Part shown: in pieces, positions 44,460-53,754 of the stretch | How positions within the stretch are numbered: position 1 is the first letter of the stretch | Layout: every line of letters begins with the position of its first letter | Assembly: GCA_039630415.1 (NCBI GenBank) | Contig: JBCNVB010000018.1 | Coordinates: forward strand, 35,233 to 99,232 | DNA: 64,000 nt | From: a bacterium | Lineage (GTDB): Bacteria; DRYD01 | Direction of reading: 5' to 3' | The notes under the pieces: generated by a model | Told to the model about the DNA's origin: nothing | The model's input: the letters and a program-made list of their open reading frames with translations, nothing else | Database searches by the model: none | Translations under genes and position numbers: made by a program

Positions 44460-46031
44460 TTAAAAATCTAGCTTTTCTGATATTGTTTTTGGTTGTAGGA
44501 AATATAGTAGATAATCTGGTCCACCAGCTTTTGCATCAGTACCGGACATATTAAACCCTCCAAATGGATGAACACCTACTATTGCCCCAGTACATTTTCT
44601 GTTTATGTAAAGGTTTCCACAGAAAAATTCCTCTACAGCTCTTTGGATATTATATCTGTTTTCACTAAATACTGCTCCTGTTAGTCCATACTCTGTTGAG
44701 TTAGCTATTTCTATAGCTTGATCAAAGTTATCGTATTTTATTACAGCTAACACAGGTCCAAAAATTTCCTCTTGAGCTATTACATCATTTGGATTAACAT
44801 CTTCGAAGATAGTAGGTTGTACATAGTAACCTCTATCTTCAAATAGTTTATTTCCTCCATAGACTAGTTTATTTTGGTTTTTACCTATTTCGATGTATTC
44901 GATTATTTTGTTAAGAGAAGACTGATTTATTACGGGTCCCATAAACTTGTTTTCTCTTGGAAGTCCTATTTCGATTTTCTTTGTTTTGCTTATGAGCTGT
45001 TCCATAAAGGTTTGGTATATTTCTTTGTGGAGGAGAAGTCTTGAGCAAGCAGAACATTTTTGTCCCTGGTAGCCAAAAGCAGAAACTATTACACTATTAA
45101 CTGCGTGTTCTAATAGTTGTGGATTGGTTATTTTATCCACTATTATAGCGTTTTTTCCTCCCATTTCCGCTATTACTCTTTTGAGATGTTTTTGGCCTTT
45201 ATTTACTATTGATGCTTCTTTATAAATATGAATTCCCACTTCTTTTGAACCAGTAAATGCAATCATTCTTACTTGTGGGTGTTTTACTAGATAATCACCC
45301 ACTACACTACCTCTTCCTGATAAGTAGTTAAGTACTCCATCTGGTAAGCCTGCTTCCTTCATTATTTGGTAGAAGAATAGAGACATGAAGCAAGAGTCGT
45401 TAGAAGGTTTAAGTATAACTGTATTTCCAGTAACCATTGCAGCTATAGACATTCCAGCGGGTATAGCCAATGGGAAATTCCATGGTGGTATAACTACTAC
45501 CACACCCAAAGGTAAGTAGCAGTAATAATTTTTTTCACCGGGGAAATTAGCGAGTTTGGGTGGATTTTCGTGAAGATTTATCATTTGTTGGGCATAGTAT
45601 TCAAGGTAGTCGATAGTTTCTGCTACATCGGCATCAGCTTCTGCATAATTTTTTCCAACTTCGAGAATCATCCATGCTATTGCTTCATATTTTCTTTTTC
45701 TTAGGATATTTGCTGCTCTGAAAAATATGTTGGCTCTTTGGTATACATCTAATTTTGACCATGTTTTGAAAGCTTCTTGCGCAGCTTTTATAGCCATCTC
45801 AGCGTGTTCTATAGTTGCATCCTGAAAAACACCTATTACCTGTGAATACTCTGCAGGATTTATTGACCTTATCTTATTACTAGAATAAAACTCTTTACCA
45901 CCGATATACAAAGGATATTCTTTAGATAGATTAGATTCAACGTAAGTTATTGCCTGCTTTATGTTTTCTAACACTTGCGTATCAGTAAAGTTAAGAAATG
46001 GTTCTGTTTTAAAATCAATTGTTGTTCTCAT
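44460..46031 (-). CDS. pruA: 1-pyrroline-5-carboxylate dehydrogenase
   Basis: PWNFP, AEMGGKN, GQKCSACSR, EEIFGP, GNLYINR.CTGA.VG.HPFGG. Confidence 0.92.
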   Translation of the reverse strand: MRTTIDFKTEPFLNFTDTQVLENIKQAITYVESNLSKEYPLYIGGKEFYSSNKIRSINPAEYSQVIGVFQDATIEHAEMAIKAAQEAFKTWSKLDVYQRANIFFRAANILRKRKYEAIAWMILEVGKNYAEADADVAETIDYLEYYAQQMINLHENPPKLANFPGEKNYYCYLPLGVVVVIPPWNFPLAIPAGMSIAAMVTGNTVILKPSNDSCFMSLFFYQIMKEAGLPDGVLNYLSGRGSVVGDYLVKHPQVRMIAFTGSKEVGIHIYKEASIVNKGQKHLKRVIAEMGGKNAIIVDKITNPQLLEHAVNSVIVSAFGYQGQKCSACSRLLLHKEIYQTFMEQLISKTKKIEIGLPRENKFMGPVINQSSLNKIIEYIEIGKNQNKLVYGGNKLFEDRGYYVQPTIFEDVNPNDVIAQEEIFGPVLAVIKYDNFDQAIEIANSTEYGLTGAVFSENRYNIQRAVEEFFCGNLYINRKCTGAIVGVHPFGGFNMSGTDAKAGGPDYLLYFLQPKTISEKLDF

Positions 46032-47227
46032 TTTCCTACCTCCTTATATGCTTCTGTATATTTCTGAGCTACTTTTAGATAATCGTAATCTTTTACTGAT
46101 TCGAATGAATTCTTTTTGAGTTTATTTAGTAATTCCGGATTCTTATATAGTTGAATTATTTTTGTAATGAATTCTGATTGGTAGTTATTGTTGTTTTCTA
46201 TCAAATATCCGTTATATTCGTTTATAATTAGGTCATCAGCTCCATATGTTTTGAAGCTAATTATGGGAACCATCGAAGATAGACTTTCCAGATAGGCTAA
46301 TGGTTTGACTTCTGTAACTGATAGAGTTATAAAAACGTCCAGTAGTCTGTAGTAGTTTGGTATATCTTCGTAGGGTACTTTATTTGTGAATACCACATAA
46401 TCTTGCAAATCTAGTTTTCTTGCGTAGTTTAGTAGATTATCGTACTCTGTTCCACCCCCCACTATTAGTAAACTTATTTTTTTATCATTCAGGTTTTGTT
46501 CGAAATAACTTACGATTTGCCTATATAACTCTAACAGCTTGTACAAGTTTTTCTCTTTCTCTAGTCTTCCTACAAATCCAAGGACAAACTTATCTTGTAA
46601 ACCGAATTTTGCTTTTAAGTTTTGAATTTTTTGATCATCATAGTACTGCATATGATGCATATCTACAGGGTTGCAAATAAACAAAAACTTATCCTTATAC
46701 TGTTGGAATTTATTTTCCACATCTTTTTTTATGGTTTTTGAGGGAAAAATTACTGCATCCACGAATTGAAATATTTCTTTTAGATGACCATATAGAAACT
46801 TTTGGTAGATAAATTTGGGAATGAATTTAACATAGTGATAGTAGTTTTCATACTGTGTATGATACGTAAATACCACCTTTGAAGACGGATTATAACTTCT
46901 TAATATTTTGGCTATTTTATAGATTATGAATGGATGGTTTATTTGAATTATATCAGGTTTTATTTGTATTTTTTTGATTTCTTTTATGAGATTGATGGGA
47001 TTAGGGATACAGTAGTCGAATTTTGGGAAATATATAGATGGTAATTTGAATATATTGTATTTAATGTTGTATTTTTGTATGATTTGGTGGTTAAAACAGG
47101 GATGTTTTGAGGATATTACACTTACTTCTTTGTTAAGTTCTTTTAGTCCTTTGGATAGGAGATGTATGCTATGAACTACACCATTGGTTACAGGGAAAAA
47201 GACATTTGTTAGTACAGCTATGTTCAT
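46028..47227 (-). CDS. Glycosyltransferase family 4
   Basis: FFP..NGV, TYHTQYE.Y.HY, VGRLEKEKN. Confidence 0.88.
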   Translation of the reverse strand: MNIAVLTNVFFPVTNGVVHSIHLLSKGLKELNKEVSVISSKHPCFNHQIIQKYNIKYNIFKLPSIYFPKFDYCIPNPINLIKEIKKIQIKPDIIQINHPFIIYKIAKILRSYNPSSKVVFTYHTQYENYYHYVKFIPKFIYQKFLYGHLKEIFQFVDAVIFPSKTIKKDVENKFQQYKDKFLFICNPVDMHHMQYYDDQKIQNLKAKFGLQDKFVLGFVGRLEKEKNLYKLLELYRQIVSYFEQNLNDKKISLLIVGGGTEYDNLLNYARKLDLQDYVVFTNKVPYEDIPNYYRLLDVFITLSVTEVKPLAYLESLSSMVPIISFKTYGADDLIINEYNGYLIENNNNYQSEFITKIIQLYKNPELLNKLKKNSFESVKDYDYLKVAQKYTEAYKEVGK

Positions 47228-48174
47228 GCGAATATTCCTATCTTTCTGAATTTTTGGTATCTATGTTGTTTAGGATTTTCAAGTTTTCGTGATAGAGTAA
47301 TATATTCTAGAAGTTTATTTTTTATGGTGGTATAGGAAAATTGTAGATCTCTATGCATTCCTAGGAATGGTTCTGGAATTATTTCATCTATTACTCCTAG
47401 TTCTAGTAGATCGTAGGATGTTAGTTTTAGATTTTTTGCTGCTAGTGGAGCTTTTGATGAGTCTCTATAGAGAATTGAAGCTGCTCCTTCAGGGGATATG
47501 ACAGAATAGTAAGCATTTTCCATCATAAGGATATAGTTAGCTACAGCGATAGCTAGAGCTCCTCCAGATCCACCTTCGGATAGGATTAAGCAAACAACTG
47601 GGATATCTAGTTCAAACATTTTAGAGATTGATTTAGCGATGGATATGTATTGTCCATTTTGCTCGGCAGTATCGCCAGGGTATGCACCTGGTGTATCTAC
47701 TATGGTTATTAGCGGTGTTCTAAATGTATTAGCTATATCCATAATTCTTATGGCTTTGTAGAAGCCTTCTGGGTTTGTCATTCCATAGTTTCTTGCTATT
47801 TTTTCATTTGTGTTTCTTCCTTTGTTATGTCCCAGTATGAATACTGGATAGTTTTCTATTTTTGCAAGTCCACCGGTAATTGATTTATCATCACCGACGT
47901 ATCTATCTCCTTTTAGTTCTTGGAAATCTGTGAATATATTTTCGATTAAGTCTTGGAGGGTAGGTCTTTTAGGATGTCTTGCTATTTGGACTCTATTGAA
48001 GGGATGTATCTTGGATTTGATTTCTTGGATTATATTTTGAGTTTTTAGTTTTAGGACTTGTAGTTCTTGGTAAGATACTTTTTGATTTTGATGTAGTTCT
48101 TGTAGGATTTTTATTCTTTGTTCGAGTTGGTCTATGAGTTTTTCTATTTCGAGTGTGTTAAGTATGTCTTGCAT
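47224..48174 (-). CDS. accA: Acetyl-CoA carboxylase carboxyltransferase alpha
   Basis: ARHPKRP, GM..PEG..KA, DTPGAYPG, EGGSGGALA, YSVISPEG. Confidence 0.95.
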   Translation of the reverse strand: MQDILNTLEIEKLIDQLEQRIKILQELHQNQKVSYQELQVLKLKTQNIIQEIKSKIHPFNRVQIARHPKRPTLQDLIENIFTDFQELKGDRYVGDDKSITGGLAKIENYPVFILGHNKGRNTNEKIARNYGMTNPEGFYKAIRIMDIANTFRTPLITIVDTPGAYPGDTAEQNGQYISIAKSISKMFELDIPVVCLILSEGGSGGALAIAVANYILMMENAYYSVISPEGAASILYRDSSKAPLAAKNLKLTSYDLLELGVIDEIIPEPFLGMHRDLQFSYTTIKNKLLEYITLSRKLENPKQHRYQKFRKIGIFA

Positions 48175-48196
48175 GTAGGGTTTGGAGGTGTGGTTT

Positions 48197-48273
48197 TGGT
48201 GGGCGAGACAGGAGTTGAACCTGTGACCTCTTGCATGTCACGCAAGCGCTCTAACCACCTGAGCTACCCGCCC
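48197..48273 (-). tRNA. tRNA-Val(GAC)
   Basis: Reverse complement GGGCGGGTAGCTCAGGTGGTTAGAGCGCTTGCGTGACATGCAAGAGGTCACAGGTTCAACTCCTGTCTCGCCCACCA. Confidence 0.93.
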
Positions 48274-48346
48274 ACCGAAAATATAATTCTATTTTTCAAC
48301 TTATTAACCTTCATACAAAAAGATAAATCCTTCTACATGTTACTTA

Positions 48347-48667
48347 TTATTTTCCTTGTTGGGATTTATCATTAGGTATAAAGAATGCTCCTACTATTCC
48401 TCCTAGAATCATTCCTATTAAAGCCCCTGGTATACCTAAAAGAGGTATAGTTGCAGCTGCACCGAATAAACTCCCCACAGTAATAGGAGCAATATAATCT
48501 ACAGCTGATTTATCTTTTATAGATTGATACTGATTTTTCAAGTATATATCTTCAGTTGAGTATAAATTTATGTCATTCTGAATTAAATATTGCTTGCTTA
48601 TTTTACCTATAGTTTCGTAATTTGTTTCTATAAATTTGTTAGGGTTTATTTTCATTTTATAGATCAC
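48347..48667 (-). CDS. Hypothetical small membrane protein with a glycine-zipper-like C-terminus
   Basis: GSLFGAA..PLLGIPGALIGMILGGIVGA; SD GGGGTG. Confidence 0.6.
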   Translation of the reverse strand: MIYKMKINPNKFIETNYETIGKISKQYLIQNDINLYSTEDIYLKNQYQSIKDKSAVDYIAPITVGSLFGAAATIPLLGIPGALIGMILGGIVGAFFIPNDKSQQGK

Positions 48668-48725
48668 CCCTTTCCCATTGCTTTAACTTTATGAATCATT
48701 TGTCTCCTTATACAGAATTGTACTA

Positions 48726-49886
48726 TCATACTTTAAAAACCTCCCTCATTAGTAAAATACCTATTAACTTTGATACGATCGAGAATAGGATAGTGTAGAT
48801 TGTAGAAAATGAAATAAGATACCCCATAATTGAGTTACCTATAAGGAAAGAGATTCCCATAAATGTGTACAACATTCCCCAGTCTTTAGCCATTGGGTTA
48901 AGTAGCTTAGAAAAAGTAGCTTTAATAATGCATCCTTGAAAAGCTATTGATATTCCCCACATTAATACTCCTATAAATACTATCCAAATAGAATCAGCTA
49001 GGATGAAAAGTGAAGTAAATAGAAAGAAAATCATAGCTGATACACTGCTAATTATCATATTTTTATCAAACCAAAGTCCAAGTAAAAATGCTCCTATAGC
49101 ACTTACAAACATAGCCAAGGAATATAGAAGAGGTATGAAAGACAAACTAATTACTTTTTTTTGTTCCCAATAAAATGAAATTATAGAAAAATCCAAAAAC
49201 CCTAAACAAATCATACAGCAAGAAAGGATATATATCATCTTTATCTTTTCTAGATTTATTTTTTTTAGATTGTCCGATTGTTGACTTTTGGTATTATAAG
49301 ACCAATTATAATGTAAAAGCTTTCTTTGTGTGATGTAGTATGATAGAATTAAAAGAAGAAACATGCTTAGAATTGAAGGTATAAAGAGAAACGTAAGGAT
49401 AGAGGTATAGTTAATCTTGTTGGAAAGTAGAAGAGATACAAAGAGTGGTCCGGTTATAGCTCCAATTTGGTCTAAAAATTGATGAATTCCAAACATCTTA
49501 CCAGCCTGTTGAGAAATACCAGACTGTTGAGAAATGATTGATATTATAAAATCTCTAGAGGGTGTTCTTATAGATTTTCCTAATCTTTCGAGTAAAAATA
49601 ATGTACTAGCTGTATAGATACTATTAAAGAAAGCTATTAAAGGTATACAAAGTAAAAGATAATATCCTATATTCATTGTAGCAAGATATGATTTGAATTT
49701 GTCAGCTATGTATCCAGCGGGCAATCTGAAAGAGTAAGATATAAAATAAGCTAATCCTCCTATAAGTCCAATATAAAAGCTATTAGCTCCCAAGGATGCA
49801 AAAAAAGGTCCAGCAAATGATCTAAACGATTCGTACGTAAAATCCGATAGTAAACTTACAAAACCTAATATAACTATAACCCACAT
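48726..49886 (-). CDS. MFS transporter
   Basis: About 12 TM; LGFVSLLSD..YE, G.IADK, ERLGKSIRTP.RD, DQIGA..GP. Confidence 0.88.
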   Translation of the reverse strand: MWVIVILGFVSLLSDFTYESFRSFAGPFFASLGANSFYIGLIGGLAYFISYSFRLPAGYIADKFKSYLATMNIGYYLLLCIPLIAFFNSIYTASTLFLLERLGKSIRTPSRDFIISIISQQSGISQQAGKMFGIHQFLDQIGAITGPLFVSLLLSNKINYTSILTFLFIPSILSMFLLLILSYYITQRKLLHYNWSYNTKSQQSDNLKKINLEKIKMIYILSCCMICLGFLDFSIISFYWEQKKVISLSFIPLLYSLAMFVSAIGAFLLGLWFDKNMIISSVSAMIFFLFTSLFILADSIWIVFIGVLMWGISIAFQGCIIKATFSKLLNPMAKDWGMLYTFMGISFLIGNSIMGYLISFSTIYTILFSIVSKLIGILLMREVFKV

Positions 49887-50000
49887 TTTGATATACTCTC
49901 CTCTAGTCGAATTTAACCTATAAAAATCATATCCTTGTTTATGATATGAGAGGATAAATCAATTAAAAAAATTAAAATCAATATATAGGAGCGATTTGTA

Positions 50001-50735
50001 ATGGATAATATTATAGTTTATGAACTAAAGCCCTTAAAAACAAAACTCAAACTGCTTTATGGGATCATAATATCCTTGTTTAGTTTTATTTCTTTTGTCT
50101 TTATTCTGTATTACTGGGATATTACGTTATATTTCGGTATAGATGAAGAAATATTGGTAACAATACTCCTGATAATACTATCTTTGTATGTTGGTGGAGT
50201 TATAAAAGATGATTTAGATTATATTTTTGGTAAGGTAATAAAATCACACTTATTAAGAATAATTACTGGTTCTAAAAACATAAAGGTTTACAGATGGTAT
50301 GATTTGAGTATAAAGCAGCGTGATTCAATACATACTGAATTTCTTTTATACTTGAAAGAATTGTATGATACTTGTTTGGAAAAGAATTCTAAAGAATTTA
50401 TAAAAAAAGTTATTAACTATTTAGAAGACATAGATATTATTGAAACAAAATCCTTACGAGGTTCGAATTATAGGCCCAATTTACCTAAATATGTTGAAGT
50501 GATAGCACTTTTTAAGGATTCTTCTAAAGCTTCAATAACTACACTTAAAATAGGTAAAAACGAAAACATAGTATTTTTAGTATTAATTCCTCAAGAAAAT
50601 AAGGATAAGTTAATACAACCCATATATATACGACAAAATTTGGATATTTCTATATTTTCAAATGATGAACAAATAAGTAATGCACTGCAAGGTTATAGGG
50701 AGATTATATGGAATCTGAGCAAACTAGGTTTCTAA
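50001..50735 (+). CDS. Array family A copy A1: 2-TM hypothetical protein
   Basis: SD AGGAG; YYWDI, ends GY.EIIWNLSKLGF; paralogous to A2, A3, A5, A6. Confidence 0.8.
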   Translation: MDNIIVYELKPLKTKLKLLYGIIISLFSFISFVFILYYWDITLYFGIDEEILVTILLIILSLYVGGVIKDDLDYIFGKVIKSHLLRIITGSKNIKVYRWYDLSIKQRDSIHTEFLLYLKELYDTCLEKNSKEFIKKVINYLEDIDIIETKSLRGSNYRPNLPKYVEVIALFKDSSKASITTLKIGKNENIVFLVLIPQENKDKLIQPIYIRQNLDISIFSNDEQISNALQGYREIIWNLSKLGF

Positions 50736-51457
50736 TAGAATACTACTGTGTATATGCAATAACCCTTACTTATGTGATAGTAGTTATATACTATTTGATA
50801 AACAAAATCGTGAGAGGAAAGAATATTTTTATAAGTGTAAATTTAAGTGTTTCTCAGTATCAAATGGTTTTAAACTTTATTGCTCTGATACTTATGCTTC
50901 TTACAATATTTATCATAATACCCACCTTTTCGAAACATTTACAAAATAAAATAGAAAAAAAGTACTCGTATAGTATAAATCAAAAAATATTTAAAAATGG
51001 TCTAAAAGCAGAAAACTTGGAAATTGAGAAGTACATACCTTCCAATTCTGATTTTTTCAAATCTTTTCTACAAAATCAAAATCTATCAATTAATAAAGTA
51101 AGAATAGTTGAAGAAAATTCACTTATTATTAACTATCATAAGTCAAAAAGAAAATACAAGATATATTTGTCAGAGATACGAATTTTAGAGAGAACAGGAA
51201 GTTTTTATAGCAAAACTAGATATTATAGACAAATGTTTAGTGGCTTATGCATAGGAGTTCCAAATGAAGTTTTTAACACCACAAAAATATATAAATTTCC
51301 ACTTTATAAGTACTACACAACTTCTGATTACTCTATAGTGCTGGTATATTTATCTGAAAGTCCTTTCATATTTCCTTTGTTTGAAAAGATTACTGATGAA
51401 TTAATACAAAATAAATTACAGGAAATACTGAGATTCGTGAACAATTACTTGATGTGA
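50708..51457 (+). CDS. Array family B copy B1: 2-TM hypothetical protein (DUF3137-like motifs)
   Basis: 28-nt overlap with A1; LSEI...FSGLCIG, SPFIFPLFEK. Confidence 0.8.
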   Translation: MESEQTRFLIEYYCVYAITLTYVIVVIYYLINKIVRGKNIFISVNLSVSQYQMVLNFIALILMLLTIFIIIPTFSKHLQNKIEKKYSYSINQKIFKNGLKAENLEIEKYIPSNSDFFKSFLQNQNLSINKVRIVEENSLIINYHKSKRKYKIYLSEIRILERTGSFYSKTRYYRQMFSGLCIGVPNEVFNTTKIYKFPLYKYYTTSDYSIVLVYLSESPFIFPLFEKITDELIQNKLQEILRFVNNYLM

Positions 51458-51472
51458 TTTTTGGAATAACAA

Positions 51473-52219
51473 ATGGATGAAATTATATTTTATGAGTTGA
51501 AACCTCTAAAATCAAGGCTCAAATTACTTTACGGAATTATAATATTCGTGTTCAGCATTATTTCGTTTATCTTTATTTTGTACTATTGGGATATTTATGT
51601 TTATTTTAGTATGGATGTAGAATTCTTAGTATCGATGATAACTTCAATACTGTTAATAGTATTATCTGCGTATATTATTGGACTTATTAAAAGTGATATG
51701 GATCATATTTTTGGAAAAATAATAAAATTGCACATATTAAGGATAGTTACTGGTTGTAAAGATGTAAAAGTGTATAGATGGAAGGATTTAGACTCAAATC
51801 AACAACATTCAATAAGCAAAGAACTAATCGAATATCTAGAAAAAGCATATGAATCCATAATAGAAAGAAAAGTCATAGAATTTTTAATCAAGGTTTTTGA
51901 ATATTTGCAAAATATAGACACTGCAGAGAATCCATTTGTAAAAGACCAAGAATATTGGCAAAGAATGCCAAAATATACCGAAGTAATAGAATTATTCAAG
52001 GATTCTTTCAGAGTTTTAATAATTACTCTTAACACAAATGAGAATGAAAACATAGTATTTCTAGTATTGATAAATCAACAAAATAAAAACAAGATAATAG
52101 AACCTATATGCATACTACAAAATATGGAAATATCCCTATTTTCAAAGGATGAAGAAATAATTAATGCGATACAAGGATATAAACAAATTGTATGGAATTT
52201 GAATAGACTTGGTTTTTAA
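51473..52219 (+). CDS. Array family A copy A2
   Basis: Aligns end to end with A1. Confidence 0.8.
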   Translation: MDEIIFYELKPLKSRLKLLYGIIIFVFSIISFIFILYYWDIYVYFSMDVEFLVSMITSILLIVLSAYIIGLIKSDMDHIFGKIIKLHILRIVTGCKDVKVYRWKDLDSNQQHSISKELIEYLEKAYESIIERKVIEFLIKVFEYLQNIDTAENPFVKDQEYWQRMPKYTEVIELFKDSFRVLIITLNTNENENIVFLVLINQQNKNKIIEPICILQNMEISLFSKDEEIINAIQGYKQIVWNLNRLGF

Positions 52220-52231
52220 TAGAATATTATA

Positions 52232-52971
52232 ATGGATGATATTATAGTTTATGAATTGGAACCTTTAAAGGCCAAATTCAGATTGCTTTATAGGATTGTG
52301 ATATTTTTGTTTAGTATTATTTCATTTTTCTTTATTCTCTATTATTGGGATATTACAGTCTATTTTGGTATGAGCAGGGAAATATGGATAGCAGTAATAT
52401 TGATAATACTATCACTATGTATTGGTTTAGTTATAAGAGGACATATAGATTATATCTTTAGTAAAATAATCAAATTACACATATTAAGAATAGCTACCGG
52501 TTGTCAAAATATAAAAGTTTACGAGTGGGAAGATTTAAATATAAACCAACGAGATTCAATACACACCAAAATTCTTTCACATTTGAAAGAATTCCATGAC
52601 ATATATGTAGAAAAATATTCCAAAGAATTTGTAAAAAAGGTTATTGATTATTTGGAAAATGTACATACTAGTGAAAAATATCTTTACAAAGCCCAAATTA
52701 TAGTCAAAACGAAAGAAAATATATCGAAGTAATAGAACTTTCCAAGGATTCATTCAAAGCTTTAATAATTATGCTTGAAATAGACAGTAAAGAAAACATA
52801 ATATTTCTTGTGATTAGTGAGGAAAACAAGGATAAACTAATACAGCTCATACATATACCCAAAAGCTTAAAGATTTCAATGTTTTCAAACGATGAACAAA
52901 TAAGCAATGCATTACAGGGCTATAAGCAGATTGTATGGAGTTTGAATAAACATGGAGTTCGAACAAACTAA
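52232..52971 (+). pseudogene. Array family A copy A3, frameshifted
   Basis: Track ORFs 52232-52732 and 52771-52971 join into one A paralog if one A is restored in the A5 run at 52674-52678. Confidence 0.8.
52935..52968 (+). repeat. 17-bp tandem duplication of the A/B junction
   Basis: ATGGAGTTTGAATAAAC followed by ATGGAGTTCGAACAAAC (15/17 identical). Confidence 0.75.
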
Positions 52972-53740
52972 GTTTTTGGCAGAATATTACTTTGTTTATG
53001 CAATAACTATCGTTTATATATCAATCATTATTTACTATGTTGTTTACTTTGTTTACTATTCGATAAAAAAAATGGCAAGGAACAAGAATGTTTTGCTAAT
53101 AAATATTTTGGGTATAAGCCTTAAAATCACACAACCTCAGTTAGCTACAAGCTTTATAACTGCAACAGTTATGTTTCTTACAATATTCGTCATAATACCA
53201 ACTTTATCGAAACATGTACAAAATAAAATAGAAAAAAAGTATTCACATATTATAAATGAAAGAATATTTAAAAGTGGTTTCAGATTTGAAAACCTAGAAG
53301 TAGATAAATACATACCTTCAAATGCTAATTTTTTCACCTATTTTCTGCAAAACCAGAATTTATCAGTTTATAGGATTGAAATAGTTGAAAAAAATTCCTT
53401 TGTGATTAACTACCTTAAGTCAAATAAAGAATACAAGATATATTTATCAGAAATACAGATCTTTGAGGTAAAAAAGAGCAGTTCTATTAGATCTTACCGT
53501 ATACATTACGAAGAGTTGTTTAGCGGACTGTGCATAGGAATTCCAAACGAAGTTTTTAATACCAGAAAAATAAATAACTTCTCAGTTTATAATTATTACA
53601 TTACTTCAGATTATTCTATAGTATTGGTAAACTTTTCTGAAAGTCCCTTTATATTTCCCTTGTTTGAAAAGATTAGTGATGAGTTGATACAAAAAAAGTT
53701 AAGGGAAATATCAAAACTTGTGAATAATTATTTAATGTAG
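52952..53740 (+). CDS. Array family B copy B3
   Basis: Closely paralogous to B1. Confidence 0.8.
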   Translation: MEFEQTKFLAEYYFVYAITIVYISIIIYYVVYFVYYSIKKMARNKNVLLINILGISLKITQPQLATSFITATVMFLTIFVIIPTLSKHVQNKIEKKYSHIINERIFKSGFRFENLEVDKYIPSNANFFTYFLQNQNLSVYRIEIVEKNSFVINYLKSNKEYKIYLSEIQIFEVKKSSSIRSYRIHYEELFSGLCIGIPNEVFNTRKINNFSVYNYYITSDYSIVLVNFSESPFIFPLFEKISDELIQKKLREISKLVNNYLM

Positions 53741-53754
53741 ATCTTTTAAAGCGT

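Noticed and set aside
48118-48375. 85-aa plus-strand ORF
   Set aside because: Antisense shadow of tRNA-Val and the accA start.
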